Below, piece after piece: positions 42,186 through 52,781 of a DNA stretch of 64,000 nt. Within the stretch, counting starts at the first letter, position 1. Each line of letters starts with the position of its first letter. The stretch lies in NCBI GenBank assembly GCA_963771465.1, contig CAVYTU010000015.1, forward strand, positions 736,001-800,000, written 5' to 3'. Source of the stretch: an uncultured delta proteobacterium. Lineage in GTDB: Bacteria; Desulfobacterota; Binatia; UBA9968. Under the pieces are notes generated by a model. The model ran no database searches, had not been told where the DNA came from, and saw nothing but the letters and a program-made list of their open reading frames with translations. The position numbers and the translations under genes are program-made.

Positions 42186-42437
42186 TGGTCCCTGCGAAAT
42201 GACCCCGAGATAGTCGCAAATTGCGGCCACCTGAATTCGCGCCGCTGCTCTCAAGCGAGCCAATGGCGGCAACACTCGACAACCAAAGCTCCGCGCGCTC
42301 GCCCGATCTCTTGAGACCGCATCCATCTCGTTATATGACTGTGCGGACTGCACTTCTCTGTGCCGGGTTGTTGCATCCAACGGCGACGCCTTGTGCGAGA
42401 TCAGTTCCACCAACTTACTGACGGAGGAATCACAAGC

Positions 42438-42938
42438 ATGGCTGCTGAGGCCCAGTACGCAGCGCTACCGGTGAGCATTACGGTCAACGGCGTCAAGCAC
42501 GACGCCTTGATCGAACCGCGCACGCTGCTGGTTTATTTTTTGCGCGAGCATTTGAATCTAACCGGCACCCACGTCGGCTGCGACACCAGCCAATGCGGCG
42601 CCTGCACGGTGCACTTGAACGGCCGCGCGGTGAAGTCCTGCACGATTCTTGCGGTGCAAGCAAACGGCGCTGAGATCAAAACCATTGAAGGTTTGGCCGA
42701 CGGCGACAACTTCCATCCGGTGCAGGAAGGATTTCGCGAAAAGCACGGTCTGCAATGCGGCTACTGCACGCCCGGCATGATCATGACCGCGGTGCATTTG
42801 CTCGAAACCAATCCCAATCCCACGGACGATGAGATCAAGCACGCACTCGAAGGCAATCTCTGCCGCTGCACCGGTTACGTCAACATCGTCGAGTCGATCA
42901 AATGGGCGGCGGCCAAAATGCAGGAGGCCGGAAAATAA
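42438..42938 (+). CDS. Xanthine dehydrogenase/CO dehydrogenase family small [2Fe-2S] subunit (CoxS-like)
   Basis: [27 protein letters not shown]; GGAGG RBS. Confidence 0.92.
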   Translation: MAAEAQYAALPVSITVNGVKHDALIEPRTLLVYFLREHLNLTGTHVGCDTSQCGACTVHLNGRAVKSCTILAVQANGAEIKTIEGLADGDNFHPVQEGFREKHGLQCGYCTPGMIMTAVHLLETNPNPTDDEIKHALEGNLCRCTGYVNIVESIKWAAAKMQEAGK

Positions 42939-43013
42939 TGACGCAAACACTCAAGCTCACAACTTCACGCCTTATACCTCACACCCCATGCCTACTTCAG
43001 AGGGGAGGCGAGA

Positions 43014-43883
43014 ATGTTTCCCGCTAACTTCGGCTACGTGGCGGCGCGCACCGTCGAGGAAGCGTTATTACTTCTGACCAAACATGGTGAAGAGGGAAAG
43101 CTGCTCGCCGGCGGTCACAGTCTAATCCCGGCGATGAAGCTCCGGCTGCAATCGCCGCAGATGTTGATCGATCTCGGCACCGTGCCGGGACTGCGGGGCG
43201 TGCGCGCCGACGGAAATCAGCTAGTCATCGGCGCGCTCACCGTTCACGCCGATGTCGCATCATCCGATCTCGTGCGTAAACATGTGCCAGGGCTGGCCGA
43301 AGCGGCGTCGTTGATCGGCGACGTGCAAGTGCGCAACCGCGGCACCATCGGCGGCAGCGTGGCCCACGCCGACCCGGCGGCAGATCTGCCGGTTATCTTA
43401 ACCGCGCTCGACGCAGCCTTCGTCGTCCAATCATCGTCCGGCAACCGCACCATCGCCGTCGACGAATTTTTCACCGACTTTTACACCACCGCGATCAGCG
43501 CCAATGAAATTCTCACCGAGATCCGAGTACCGCTTCCTGGCGCCCGCTGCGGCACGGCGTATGCAAAATTGCCGCACCCGGCTTCCGGCTATGTGGTCGT
43601 CAGCGCCGGCGTATTGGTCACACGCCAAGCTTCCGGCTCTTGCACCGCCGCTCGTGTGGCGATTGGCGGCTTAGGCAGCGGTCCATGCCGTGCCATCGCC
43701 ACGGAAATCGAGTTACAAGGAAAGCCGCTGACACCACAAATCATCGCCGCGGCCGCAGCGAAAGCCGCCGAAGAAACCGACCCTGTGGAAGATTCCTACG
43801 CTAGCGCGGAATACAAACTTCACGTCGCTACGGTCTATGCGCGCATGGCGATCGAAGCGGCGCTGGAAAGAGCAAGAAACTAA
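43014..43883 (+). CDS. Xanthine dehydrogenase family FAD-binding medium subunit (CoxM-like)
   Basis: AGGHSLIP.MKLR, QVRNRGTIGGS.AHADPAAD. Confidence 0.92.
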   Translation: MFPANFGYVAARTVEEALLLLTKHGEEGKLLAGGHSLIPAMKLRLQSPQMLIDLGTVPGLRGVRADGNQLVIGALTVHADVASSDLVRKHVPGLAEAASLIGDVQVRNRGTIGGSVAHADPAADLPVILTALDAAFVVQSSSGNRTIAVDEFFTDFYTTAISANEILTEIRVPLPGARCGTAYAKLPHPASGYVVVSAGVLVTRQASGSCTAARVAIGGLGSGPCRAIATEIELQGKPLTPQIIAAAAAKAAEETDPVEDSYASAEYKLHVATVYARMAIEAALERARN

Positions 43884-43892
43884 GGCAATGAC

Positions 43893-43968
43893 CGTGTTCG
43901 TGATCGTGGCTCGTGTTCATAAGAAACAAATCTCTCGACAATCTTAACGAGCACGAACCACGATCACG
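43893..43968. repeat. Intergenic palindrome of CGTG/CACG 6-mer units
   Basis: cgtgttcgtgatcgtggctcgtg...gagcacgaaccacgatcacg. Confidence 0.55.
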
Positions 43969-43986
43969 TTTCTTGAGAGGAAAACC

Positions 43987-46302
43987 ATGTCAACCGAACA
44001 CGAAGTTATCGGACTCATCGGCGCATCGCCCAAACGGGTCGAAGATCCGCCGTTGATCACCGGCAAAGGCTGCTACACCGACGATATCCATTTGCCTGGG
44101 ATGCTTTACCTAGCATTGCAGCGTAGTCCGTACCCGCACGCGAAAATCATTTCCATCGACACGAGCAAAGCCAAAACCATGCCGGGCGTAGAACTGGTCG
44201 TCACCGGCAGCGATCTCAGTGAAAAATTAAATCTCGCGCCGTCGCAGGTGTTGCCGAACATGAAGATCCCGGCTCATCCCGTGCTGGCGCGCGGCGCGGT
44301 TCACTGTGTCGGCGTGCCGGTTGCAGCGGTCGTCGCCAAGACGCGCGCCCAGGCCGAAGACGCCGCACACGCTATCGAAGTGGAATACGAAGCGCTGCCC
44401 GGCGTGTCCAACGCCGAAGACGCGCTCAAGCCCGGCGCGCCGCTGGCGCACCACGATCTCGACAGCAACATCTGTTACACCATGACCAAGAACGGCGGCG
44501 ACGTCGATAAAGCCTTCGCCGCGGCAGATCATGTTTTCACCATGCATATCGCCAGCCCGCGCCAAGTGGCGTTGGCGATGGAACCGAGAGGCGTCGTCGC
44601 GAGCCCCGATCCCTTCGGCAAAAATTTGACCGTGTGGCTGTCGACCCAAGGGCCGCACCGCGCCCGCGCCGAAATCGCCGGCGTGCTCGGCTTTCCCGAG
44701 CATCGAATTCATCTCATCGCGCCCGATGTCGGCGGCGGCTTTGGCAGTAAAGGTCCGGTCTATCGCGAAGACATCATCGCCTGCCATCTCGCGCTCAAGT
44801 TGCGCAAGCCGGTCAAATGGATCGCCACCCGTAGCGATGATTTCATCACCACGATTCAGGGCCGCGACCAGGCGATGACATCCGAAATGGCGTTAAGAAA
44901 AGACGGTAAAATTTTGGGCCTCAAAGTCAAAGTCGTCGCCAACCTCGGCGCTTATCTTCACTCCAGCACCGCCGGTCCGCCGCAGCGCATGATGGGCATG
45001 GCTTGCGGCAGCTATCAGATTAAAGACTGCCGTGTCGAGATCGTCTCGGTGTTCACCAACACCTGCCCCACCGGCCCCTATCGCGGCGCCGGACGACCCG
45101 AGTCGGTATTGAACATCGAGCGGCTGCTCGACAAAGCCGCCGCGGTGCTCGGCATGGACCGCTTGGAAATACGCCGGAAGAATTTCATTCAACCCGATCA
45201 GTTCCCCTACACCACCGGCACCGGCGTCGAATACGATTCCGGCGATTATGAAAAGCCGCTCCGCGAAGCGCTCAAGATTTCCAACTACGACGAACTCCTG
45301 CGCCAGCGCGATGAGCGGCGAAAAAACGGCGAACTGGTCGGCGTCGGCTTCTCGACATTCGTCGAACCGAGCGGCGGCGCGGGCTTTGAAAGCGGCACCG
45401 TGCGCGTCGAACGCACCGGCGAGATCACCGTGCTCACCGGCTCGAGCTCGCACGGTCAAGGACATGAAACTTCGTGGGCGCAAATCGCCGCTGAACTCAT
45501 GAAGACAACCATGGATCATGTGACCGTTCTCCACGGCGACACCCATGTGAGCCAGCAAGGCACCGGCACATTTGGCAGCCGCAGCGCGGTGGTCGGCGGC
45601 GGCGCTCTCGCCACCGCGGCTGAGCGGGTGATCGACAAAGGCCGACGCATCGCCGCGCATTTGGTTGAAGCCGCGCCGGAAGACATCGTCCAAGCCGACG
45701 GCGGTTTTGCCGTCAAAGGCGTGCCCGACAAAACCGTCACTTGGCGCCAGATCGCGGCGGCCGCCTATGGCGGCAGAGTCCCAATGGGAATGGAAATCGG
45801 CCTGCAAGAAACCAGCTTCTTCGATCCCAAGCGCGAAGCCTGGGGCTTCGGCACCCATATCGCGCTGGTCAGTATCGAGCGCGACACCGGCAAGTTCAGC
45901 ATCGAAAAGCTCGTGATGGTCGACGACTGCGGCGTGGTGATCAATCCGATGATCGTCGAGGGACAAATTCACGGCGGCGTTGCTCAAGGTCTCGGTGAGG
46001 CGCTGCGCGAGCAGATGCTCTACAGCGACGACGGCCAGGTCGAAACCGGCACATTCATGAACTATGCGATCATGCGCGCCGGCGACATGCCGCCGATGAT
46101 ACTCGGCGAAACCATTACGCCCAATCCCTTCAATCCCTTGGGCGTCAAAGGCGTCGGTGAATGCGGCACCAACGGCGCCCCGCCAGCGGTGGCCAATGCG
46201 CTGATGGACGCGCTTGCGCCCCTCGGCATCGACCACGTCGACATGCCCTACACCGCGCCCAAGTTATGGGAGTTGATTCGTAAGGCGGAAGGAAAGAATT
46301 AG
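43987..46302 (+). CDS. Xanthine dehydrogenase family molybdopterin-binding large subunit (form II CoxL-like)
   Basis: GGGFGSK, PYRGAGRPE, HGQGHET, GTFGSRS, EGQIHGG, GVKGVGE. Confidence 0.92.
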   Translation: MSTEHEVIGLIGASPKRVEDPPLITGKGCYTDDIHLPGMLYLALQRSPYPHAKIISIDTSKAKTMPGVELVVTGSDLSEKLNLAPSQVLPNMKIPAHPVLARGAVHCVGVPVAAVVAKTRAQAEDAAHAIEVEYEALPGVSNAEDALKPGAPLAHHDLDSNICYTMTKNGGDVDKAFAAADHVFTMHIASPRQVALAMEPRGVVASPDPFGKNLTVWLSTQGPHRARAEIAGVLGFPEHRIHLIAPDVGGGFGSKGPVYREDIIACHLALKLRKPVKWIATRSDDFITTIQGRDQAMTSEMALRKDGKILGLKVKVVANLGAYLHSSTAGPPQRMMGMACGSYQIKDCRVEIVSVFTNTCPTGPYRGAGRPESVLNIERLLDKAAAVLGMDRLEIRRKNFIQPDQFPYTTGTGVEYDSGDYEKPLREALKISNYDELLRQRDERRKNGELVGVGFSTFVEPSGGAGFESGTVRVERTGEITVLTGSSSHGQGHETSWAQIAAELMKTTMDHVTVLHGDTHVSQQGTGTFGSRSAVVGGGALATAAERVIDKGRRIAAHLVEAAPEDIVQADGGFAVKGVPDKTVTWRQIAAAAYGGRVPMGMEIGLQETSFFDPKREAWGFGTHIALVSIERDTGKFSIEKLVMVDDCGVVINPMIVEGQIHGGVAQGLGEALREQMLYSDDGQVETGTFMNYAIMRAGDMPPMILGETITPNPFNPLGVKGVGECGTNGAPPAVANALMDALAPLGIDHVDMPYTAPKLWELIRKAEGKN

Positions 46303-46334
46303 CTGGCAGGAAATAGGCGATAGTGAAGACAAAG

Positions 46335-46372
46335 GGGGCTACGGTGTCATACCGTAGCCCCCTTTATTTTTT
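46335..46372 (+). terminator. Rho-independent terminator
   Basis: GGGGCTACGGT-gtcat-ACCGTAGCCCC 11-bp stem followed by TTTATTTTTTT. Confidence 0.88.
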
Positions 46373-46533
46373 CACGGCGTCGATGCTCATACCGAACGCA
46401 AGTGAAGGGAGTCAACTTCTCGCCACGCTCGAAATAACACAACTGCGACATTGACATCCGTCGGTCTCATCGATTATCCCGAACTTCAGTGTCGTCGCGA
46501 ATTCCTGTTTCGGACACCGAGAGGAGATCGGTC

Positions 46534-47502
46534 ATGTCTACACGAACGCTTCTGCCAGTGGTTATTCTCACTTTTCTGTTTTCTAGCGAAGCGCGAGCAC
46601 AAACGACCGCTCCGGAAAAAGTGGTCGTCAGTTATCCGAGCAAGTCGATCACCAACTTTCCGATCCTGGAAACCGGTCAAAGAAGAGGTTTCTATCAGAA
46701 AGAAAACTTGAGCGTGAACCTCGTCTACATGCGCGGCGGTATCGATATTAAGGCGCTGCTCACCGGCGACGCTGACTTTGGCACGGGCAGCACGACGGCG
46801 GTCACAGCGTTTGTTGCTGGCGCGCCGTTGCGCGTGATCATGAGCATGAATTCCTTCGTCGACCAGGCACTCTATGCCCAACCGAAGTATCGGAACCTCG
46901 CCCAACTCAAGGGTCAGTCCATCGGTTCGCTCAATCCCGGCGGTTTGGTCGACACCCTACTTAGAAAAATCATCGCGCAAAACGGCCTCTCACCCGAGCG
47001 CGATTTCATTATTCTCAATATGGGCGGCACGCCCGAACGTTATGCCGCTTTGAAGTCGGGAACTCTCGCCGCATCGATGCTCAGTGCCCCGCATAGCTTG
47101 CGCGCCGAAAAAGACGGCTTTACGCGCATCGCCGTCACGCGGGATTATGTCGACGTGCCCGGAACGGCCTTCGTCGTCCACGCCGACAAGATCAAAAAAC
47201 AACCGCAAATGGTCAAACGATTCTTGCGCGCTTCGTTGCGCGCGATGAACTACATTCGCGAGAACCGGGCGGACACGACGCAGATGATCGTGCGCGAATT
47301 TGGCATGGATCAAGAAATCGCCGGGCTCGCTTACAAACAATTGCTCGAATTACTGAGCGCCGACGGCAAGAATCGCGTTGAAGGTTATCAGCTGCTAGTT
47401 GACTACGCCCGCGCCGCGCAAAAAATCGACCGGCCGATCCACGCCGCGCAGATGATTGACGAAACTTTGCTCGATGAGATGATGCGGGAAGGCGCTCGAT
47501 AA
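46534..47502 (+). CDS. ABC substrate-binding protein, NMT1/SsuA family
   Basis: Signal peptide, 'RGFYQKENL', 'LKGQSIG', 'GGTPERYAAL'; GAGGAG RBS. Confidence 0.85.
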   Translation: MSTRTLLPVVILTFLFSSEARAQTTAPEKVVVSYPSKSITNFPILETGQRRGFYQKENLSVNLVYMRGGIDIKALLTGDADFGTGSTTAVTAFVAGAPLRVIMSMNSFVDQALYAQPKYRNLAQLKGQSIGSLNPGGLVDTLLRKIIAQNGLSPERDFIILNMGGTPERYAALKSGTLAASMLSAPHSLRAEKDGFTRIAVTRDYVDVPGTAFVVHADKIKKQPQMVKRFLRASLRAMNYIRENRADTTQMIVREFGMDQEIAGLAYKQLLELLSADGKNRVEGYQLLVDYARAAQKIDRPIHAAQMIDETLLDEMMREGAR

Positions 47503-47594
47503 AGAAACGAGACAGATAGAGAAATCCGGCGGGAAGAGGCGATCTCCATGGCAAATCTATCGACCGACCGTGCAACTTCTGTTAGTCTTGCGAC

Positions 47595-48035
47595 GTGAAC
47601 TGGCAAGCTAATCTTCTTTCGACCACTGAGCAAATTCGCGACCTGATCAATCACAGCAAACGTATCGCTGTCCTCGGCATCAAGACCGACGCGCAGTCCG
47701 ACCAGCCGTCGGTTTATGTGCCGCAGTACATGCAGCGCGCAGGCTACGAAATCATCCCGGTGCCGGTTTACTATCCGGATGCGACGATGATTCTTGGCGA
47801 GAAAGTTTTTCGCAGGCTTGCTGATATTCCAGGCGACATCGACATGGTCGACGTCTTCCGCCGACCGCCGGACATTAACGCTCACGTCGAAGATATTTTG
47901 GCGAAGCAGCCCACATCAGTTTGGTTTCAGTCAGGCATCCGCAATGATAGCGCGGCCGAGATATTCGCCAAGGCGGGAATCAAAGTCGTGCAAGACCGTT
48001 GACTGATGGTCGACCACCGGCGGTTCGCCGGTTAG
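47595..48035 (+). CDS. CoA-binding protein (YccU family) with an in-frame UGA at the conserved C-terminal Cys position
   Basis: IAVLG, GYEIIPV, DMVDVFRRP, VWFQSGI, VVQDR-TGA-LMVDHRRFAG-TAG. Confidence 0.8.
48016..48032 (+). promoter_or_regulatory. Putative SECIS hairpin
   Basis: ACCGGCG-GTT-CGCCGGT 7-bp stem 13 nt after UGA 48000-48002; loop starts GU. Confidence 0.5.
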
Positions 48036-48059
48036 ATGCCATTTAAAATTCCGTGTTCG

Positions 48060-48923
48060 CTACGCCGCCAATTTCTGCGCGTGGAGTTGTTTGGCGATGA
48101 ACGTTTTGATCTGTTCGTAAGCGCGCTCGGTCTGCGGTCCCGGCTTAGCGACCCACCGGTGCTCACTGCCCTTGAATACCTCGAACTCGCAGTCACCGCC
48201 TGCTTCTCGATAGGTAGCGACAAAACGCTCTTGCACGGCGGGCAACACGTTGTCATCTAACTCACCTTGGAGAATATACATCGGCGGCATTGAGACCTTC
48301 TCACCGCGCTCGAGGATTTTCTGTGGGTTGCCTTCGTGAATGCTCTCCCACGGGTTGAAGTAAGTCTTGCTGTTCTGAATCATTTCCGCCCACTGCTTGC
48401 GCTCCGCCTGCTGGTAGCGCGCGAACGGGTCGCTCACTGGCGAGCGCGCCACGACATAGGGCAACGTTGCATCGATTTTGGGCGCTTCCGCCAAAACATG
48501 CGCGTTATAGCGGGGATCATGCGGCCGCAGCGCAACGAGTTCGATCTCGTGGCCGCCGCTCGAGCTTCCCAGTGCCGCGACGGTGGCCGGATCACCGTTC
48601 CATTCCCGCGCCTTCGCTTTGAGCCAACGAACGCCGTAGTTTGCATCTTGCACCGAAGCCGGATAAGGCGCTTCAGGCGCGCGTGTCAAGTCGATGGCGA
48701 CGACGAGCAGGCCGCTGCGCGCCAAACTTTCGTCCATCGGCTGATTGGCGGTTCGGTCTTGATTATTCCAAGCGCCGCCGTGGAGGTCGAGCAATGTCGG
48801 GAACGGCCCGCCACCCTGCGGCTGATAAATCCGCGCCATCAACTGCCGAGTGGGGGTTTTGCGAAACTCGATATCCCAAGTTTTGATCTCGAATTTGTTT
48901 GCAGGATTATAAGTTGTCGCCAT
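48060..48923 (-). CDS. Alpha/beta hydrolase (HSL-like esterase)
   Basis: HGGAW, GSSSGG, GELDD, SEH; start ATG 48923 after GGAGG. Confidence 0.87.
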   Translation of the reverse strand: MATTYNPANKFEIKTWDIEFRKTPTRQLMARIYQPQGGGPFPTLLDLHGGAWNNQDRTANQPMDESLARSGLLVVAIDLTRAPEAPYPASVQDANYGVRWLKAKAREWNGDPATVAALGSSSGGHEIELVALRPHDPRYNAHVLAEAPKIDATLPYVVARSPVSDPFARYQQAERKQWAEMIQNSKTYFNPWESIHEGNPQKILERGEKVSMPPMYILQGELDDNVLPAVQERFVATYREAGGDCEFEVFKGSEHRWVAKPGPQTERAYEQIKTFIAKQLHAQKLAA

Positions 48924-49069
48924 GTTTGCTCCCTCCTTAGTTCTGCTAGCCAGAAGAGCGGGCTTCAAACCTGCCCTTTGTTACATTGCCAAAATATTCT
49001 TTGCGCTCTTTGCGATTAAATTCCGCTTCCGGCTTCTCTTGCTTCGTGCCTTGTGGTTAATTCTCTAAC

Positions 49070-49642
49070 TCACGGCATTGCGATCACCTCGCCGACCTTC
49101 CAAATATAAAGCGTGCGCGACTCGGCGTAGTCCGAGGTTCCGTCGGTCGGCGGGCCGACATTTTCGATGCGCGTCGGCTTCCAGTCGTCGATGTCGAAGT
49201 CATGGGCAACGACGCGCGAGCCGGGTTTCAATTTTTGCAGCTTTGGCTTGAGCGCGTTGTTGAACCATTTAAACATATAGAGCGTCACCACTGTCGCTTC
49301 GGAAATATCCACCGTGAGACCGTCCTGGGCGCGAAACTCGACGAGATGACTCACGCCTTCCTTCTCTGCGTTTTCCCGCGCCTTGGCAACTAGCTCCGGA
49401 TTCAAATCGATGCCGACGCCCTTAATGCCGAATTTCTTCGCCGCCTCGATAACGATCCGACCGTCACCGCTCCCCATATCGTAAAGAATGTCGCCTTTCC
49501 TGATTTCCGCGACCTCGATCATCTTGTGCACCACATGCATCGGCGACGGCACGAAAGGAATCGAGTCTTGCGCCAAACTCGCCCGACTCGCCGTCACCAG
49601 GAAGCCAACAACTATAAAGAATTTAGCAACGCTCCTGATCAT
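49070..49642 (-). CDS. Class I SAM-dependent methyltransferase (with signal-like N-terminus)
   Basis: PFVPSP, YDMGSGDGRI, ATVVTLY, LKPGSRVVAHDF. Confidence 0.87.
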   Translation of the reverse strand: MIRSVAKFFIVVGFLVTASRASLAQDSIPFVPSPMHVVHKMIEVAEIRKGDILYDMGSGDGRIVIEAAKKFGIKGVGIDLNPELVAKARENAEKEGVSHLVEFRAQDGLTVDISEATVVTLYMFKWFNNALKPKLQKLKPGSRVVAHDFDIDDWKPTRIENVGPPTDGTSDYAESRTLYIWKVGEVIAMP

Positions 49643-49810
49643 GTATTCCTCCAGGTCTATTTTTTCGCGCGCCCCCCAAGGACGGCATTTTATGCCGAGC
49701 CTGCCGCGACTTGTCAATGGCAAAGCATGCTTTCAAAGAATCCTGGACTGGGCAAACTCTTTGGGGTGTGGTAGAGGAGCCGAAGACAAGATCGGACGGG
49801 AGCAATTGCG

Positions 49811-50830
49811 ATGACCGGCAACACCAGATGGCAGTTCGTTAGTGTACTCATCGCTATCGTTCTAAACAGCGCGAATGCCCGCGCCGCCGCGCCCACTCCC
49901 ATGCTCGTCGCCTACGGCGGCCACAATGAAACCATGATCCCGATCTGGGTCGGCGCCGAAAGAGGATTGTTTCGAAAATACGGCATCGACCTGCGCGCGC
50001 TGCAAACCCGCAGCGGACCGATCATGATGGCGACTCTCGCCTCGGGCGGCGCGCCACTGGTGTGGTCGGCGCCGAGCAGCGCGCTCAGCACCACGGTGAG
50101 CGGTTTGAAGCTCGGCTGCTTCAACGTCGGCAACAACCGCGTGCCGCGCGAAGTCATCGCCCGCAAAGGCATCGAGTCGCTGGAAGATTTGCGCGGCAAA
50201 ATCTTCGGCGTGCAATCGATCGGCGGCGGCTTTTGGCTGTCGACGATGGTCGTCCTCGACGCTCTCGGCATCGATCCCGACAAATACAAACTCAACATGC
50301 GCGTCATCGGCGATACCGCCACCGTGACCCAGGCGCTCATCACCGGCAACGTCGACGCCATGGTGGTGCCGTACAGTTACTCCGACATGGCCAAGCGCGC
50401 CGGCGCGCGCTCCCTGGCCGACGCGGGAAAATTGAACGTCGTCTATCAAGCCACGGTCATGTGCGCGCAAAAGGAATCCAGCGCCATCGGCAATGACGCA
50501 ATGATCGCGCTGACCAAAGGCGTCGTCGAATCGCTGGTCTATATTCTCGATCCAACCCACAAGCGCGACGTGAGCGAGATCCTTAAAAAGAATCTACGCT
50601 TAAGCAGAGATGAAGATGTCGAGGCGTCCTACCGAGTCGCACGCCTGCAAATGCCGGACATCGATATTGCGCTCAACGTCGAAGCCTGGCGCACCGTCAA
50701 ACGCATCGTCAGCAAAGTCAATCCCAAAGTTCAGGAAGTCGACCTCGATCAAGTCATCGTCAACGGCCCCGTGCAGAGTTTGGAATCGAGCGGCTTCCTC
50801 GCCGAGATGAAGAAAAAACTGCCGCGATGA
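49811..50830 (+). CDS. ABC substrate-binding protein, NMT1/SsuA family
   Basis: Signal peptide, 'ERGLFRKYGID', 'DLRGKIFGVQS'. Confidence 0.83.
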   Translation: MTGNTRWQFVSVLIAIVLNSANARAAAPTPMLVAYGGHNETMIPIWVGAERGLFRKYGIDLRALQTRSGPIMMATLASGGAPLVWSAPSSALSTTVSGLKLGCFNVGNNRVPREVIARKGIESLEDLRGKIFGVQSIGGGFWLSTMVVLDALGIDPDKYKLNMRVIGDTATVTQALITGNVDAMVVPYSYSDMAKRAGARSLADAGKLNVVYQATVMCAQKESSAIGNDAMIALTKGVVESLVYILDPTHKRDVSEILKKNLRLSRDEDVEASYRVARLQMPDIDIALNVEAWRTVKRIVSKVNPKVQEVDLDQVIVNGPVQSLESSGFLAEMKKKLPR

Positions 50831-50840
50831 CGGGATACTA

Positions 50841-50915
50841 TTCACCACGAAGGTCACGAAGGTTTCGGAAAATTAATTATCTGAACTTCGTGCTCTTCGT
50901 GTCCTTCGTGGTGAA
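50841..50915. repeat. Palindromic intergenic element, second copy
   Basis: ttcaccacgaaggtcacgaag...cttcgtgctcttcgtgtccttcgtggtgaa. Confidence 0.75.
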
Positions 50916-50981
50916 AAAAAAGTTTGACGACTCAATCAAACGACACAAGTTGTAAAAATAGCCATTCAAAGGAGAACCATC

Positions 50982-52697
50982 ATGCACGGCGGACAAGCGA
51001 TGTTGAAAGCGATCGAACGGAGCGGCGTCGAGTTTATTTTATCTTCACCCGGCTCGGAGTGGCCGCCGGTGTGGGAAGCGCTGGCCGAAGCCGCGGCGCG
51101 CGGCGCGAAGAATCCGAAGTATATCAATTGCCGCCACGAAGCGGTCGCCGTCGCCATGGCGGCCGGCTACACGAAGGTCACTCATCGGCCGCAGGTCGTC
51201 ATGCTTCACGCCACCGCCGGGCCGTTGAATGCCGCCATGACTCTGCGCGCGGCGCTGCACGAGCGCACGCCGATGGTGATTTTAAGCGGCGAGATCGCCG
51301 CCTACGGCGAGAACACCAAGGTCGCCGACCCCGGCGGCCAATGGCTGCACGATCTCACGGACTTGGGCGGGTCGCCCGATCTTTTACGCGGATGTGTCAA
51401 GTGGGCCGACCGCATCTCGTCGGCGGAACTGCTCGGGCCGACCATCGAGCGCGCCGTGCGCATCGCCATGGAGCCGCCGGCTGGACCGGTGCTGATCGGC
51501 ATTCCGTTCGAATGCATGATGGAACAGGTCAATGATCTGGATCATGGCAAAGCCAATGAAGTGGTGCGCGCTCACACGGTGGACGACGCCAGCATCGACA
51601 AAGCGTTAAATCTCATCGCCGCGGCGAAAAATCCCATCGCGCTCACCGAACATGTCGGCGGCGAGCCGCGCGCCGTGGAGCGTTTCGTCGAGCTGTGCGA
51701 ACTATTCGCCATCCCGGTGATGGAAACCTATCGCCCGGCGTTTATGAATTTCCCGCGCACTCATCCGCTCTATCTGCATCACGATGCCAAACAAGTTGAG
51801 GCGGCGGATTTGATTCTCATGGTCGACGCCGTGACGCCTTGGTATCCGGCGAGCAAGACGCCGAAGAACGCCAAAGTGATTTCCATCGCGGATGAATTTC
51901 CCAACTCGCGGCTGCCGTACTGGGGTTATAACGTCGATCTCGCTCTGGTCGCGCCGCCGGTATCGACTCTCGGACAGTTGGTGAAAAAGGCCAAAGCATC
52001 GGAACAAGTCGCCGCCAATCGCGCTAGTTATGAAGCGCGGCTGGCGCGCACGCGCGCCCAGCACGATAGTTATTTCAGCAAACAGAAAGAGGATGCAGAA
52101 AAACACGCTGGCGATACGCCCATCGATCCGCGCTGGGCGGTTCATGCGTTGGGACAAGCGCTTCCGGCGAACGCAGTCATCTCGGAAGAAACCACCGTCT
52201 ATCGCAGCCTGATTCAGGAAGCGATTGGACGCGAGCAGACCCAATCGTACTTCGCACGGGTCACCGGCGGCCTCGGCGTTGGTCTGAGTTACGCGCTGGG
52301 CGTCAAGCTGGCAATGCCCGACCGGCCGGTCTTCGCCCTCATCGGCGACGGCGCATTTCACTACAACGCGGTGCCGTCCTGTTTGGGCGTCGCCGAAGAA
52401 TATCGGCTGCCGATCCACTGCGTGGTGTTTAACAACGGCCGCTATCTGTCCATGGAAACCAGTTTGATCAAATATTTTCCCGACGGCGCGGCGAAACAAA
52501 CCGGCGTCCACTTCGGCGCGGAAATCGGTCCCCGGCCGGATTATCAGCAGTATGCCAAAGCTCACGGCGGCTACGGCTACCGGGTGAACTAACCCAGCAA
52601 GAAATCAAACCCGCCATCGAGCAGGCCTTGAAAGCGAGAAGCCGATGGCAAACTGACGGTGATCGATTTGGTGCTGAGCGATTTCAATCCGCGATGA
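50982..52697 (+). CDS. Thiamine pyrophosphate-binding enzyme (acetolactate synthase/benzoylformate decarboxylase family), frameshifted near the 3' end
   Basis: RHEAVAVAMA.GY, GDGAFHY...NN TPP motif; tail resumes as ...KPAIEQAL...DLVLSDFNPR-TGA. Confidence 0.88.
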
Positions 52698-52781
52698 CGT
52701 GGTCGCATATATCACTTGGTGGCTGAAAAACCTTTAGAAGGTTATTTGGATTTTCGATGAAGGAGAGATCGGAAAAACGTA

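Noticed and set aside
44893-46236. Long antisense ORFs (also 283..1134, 10360..11124, 51702..52565, 58124..58858)
   Set aside because: These are shadow frames of high-GC genes with clear family motifs on the opposite strand.
43987-46302. Aerobic CO dehydrogenase (form I)
   Set aside because: The active-site loop is PYRGAGR rather than AYxCSFR, the gene order is S-M-L, and no accessory cox genes are adjacent.
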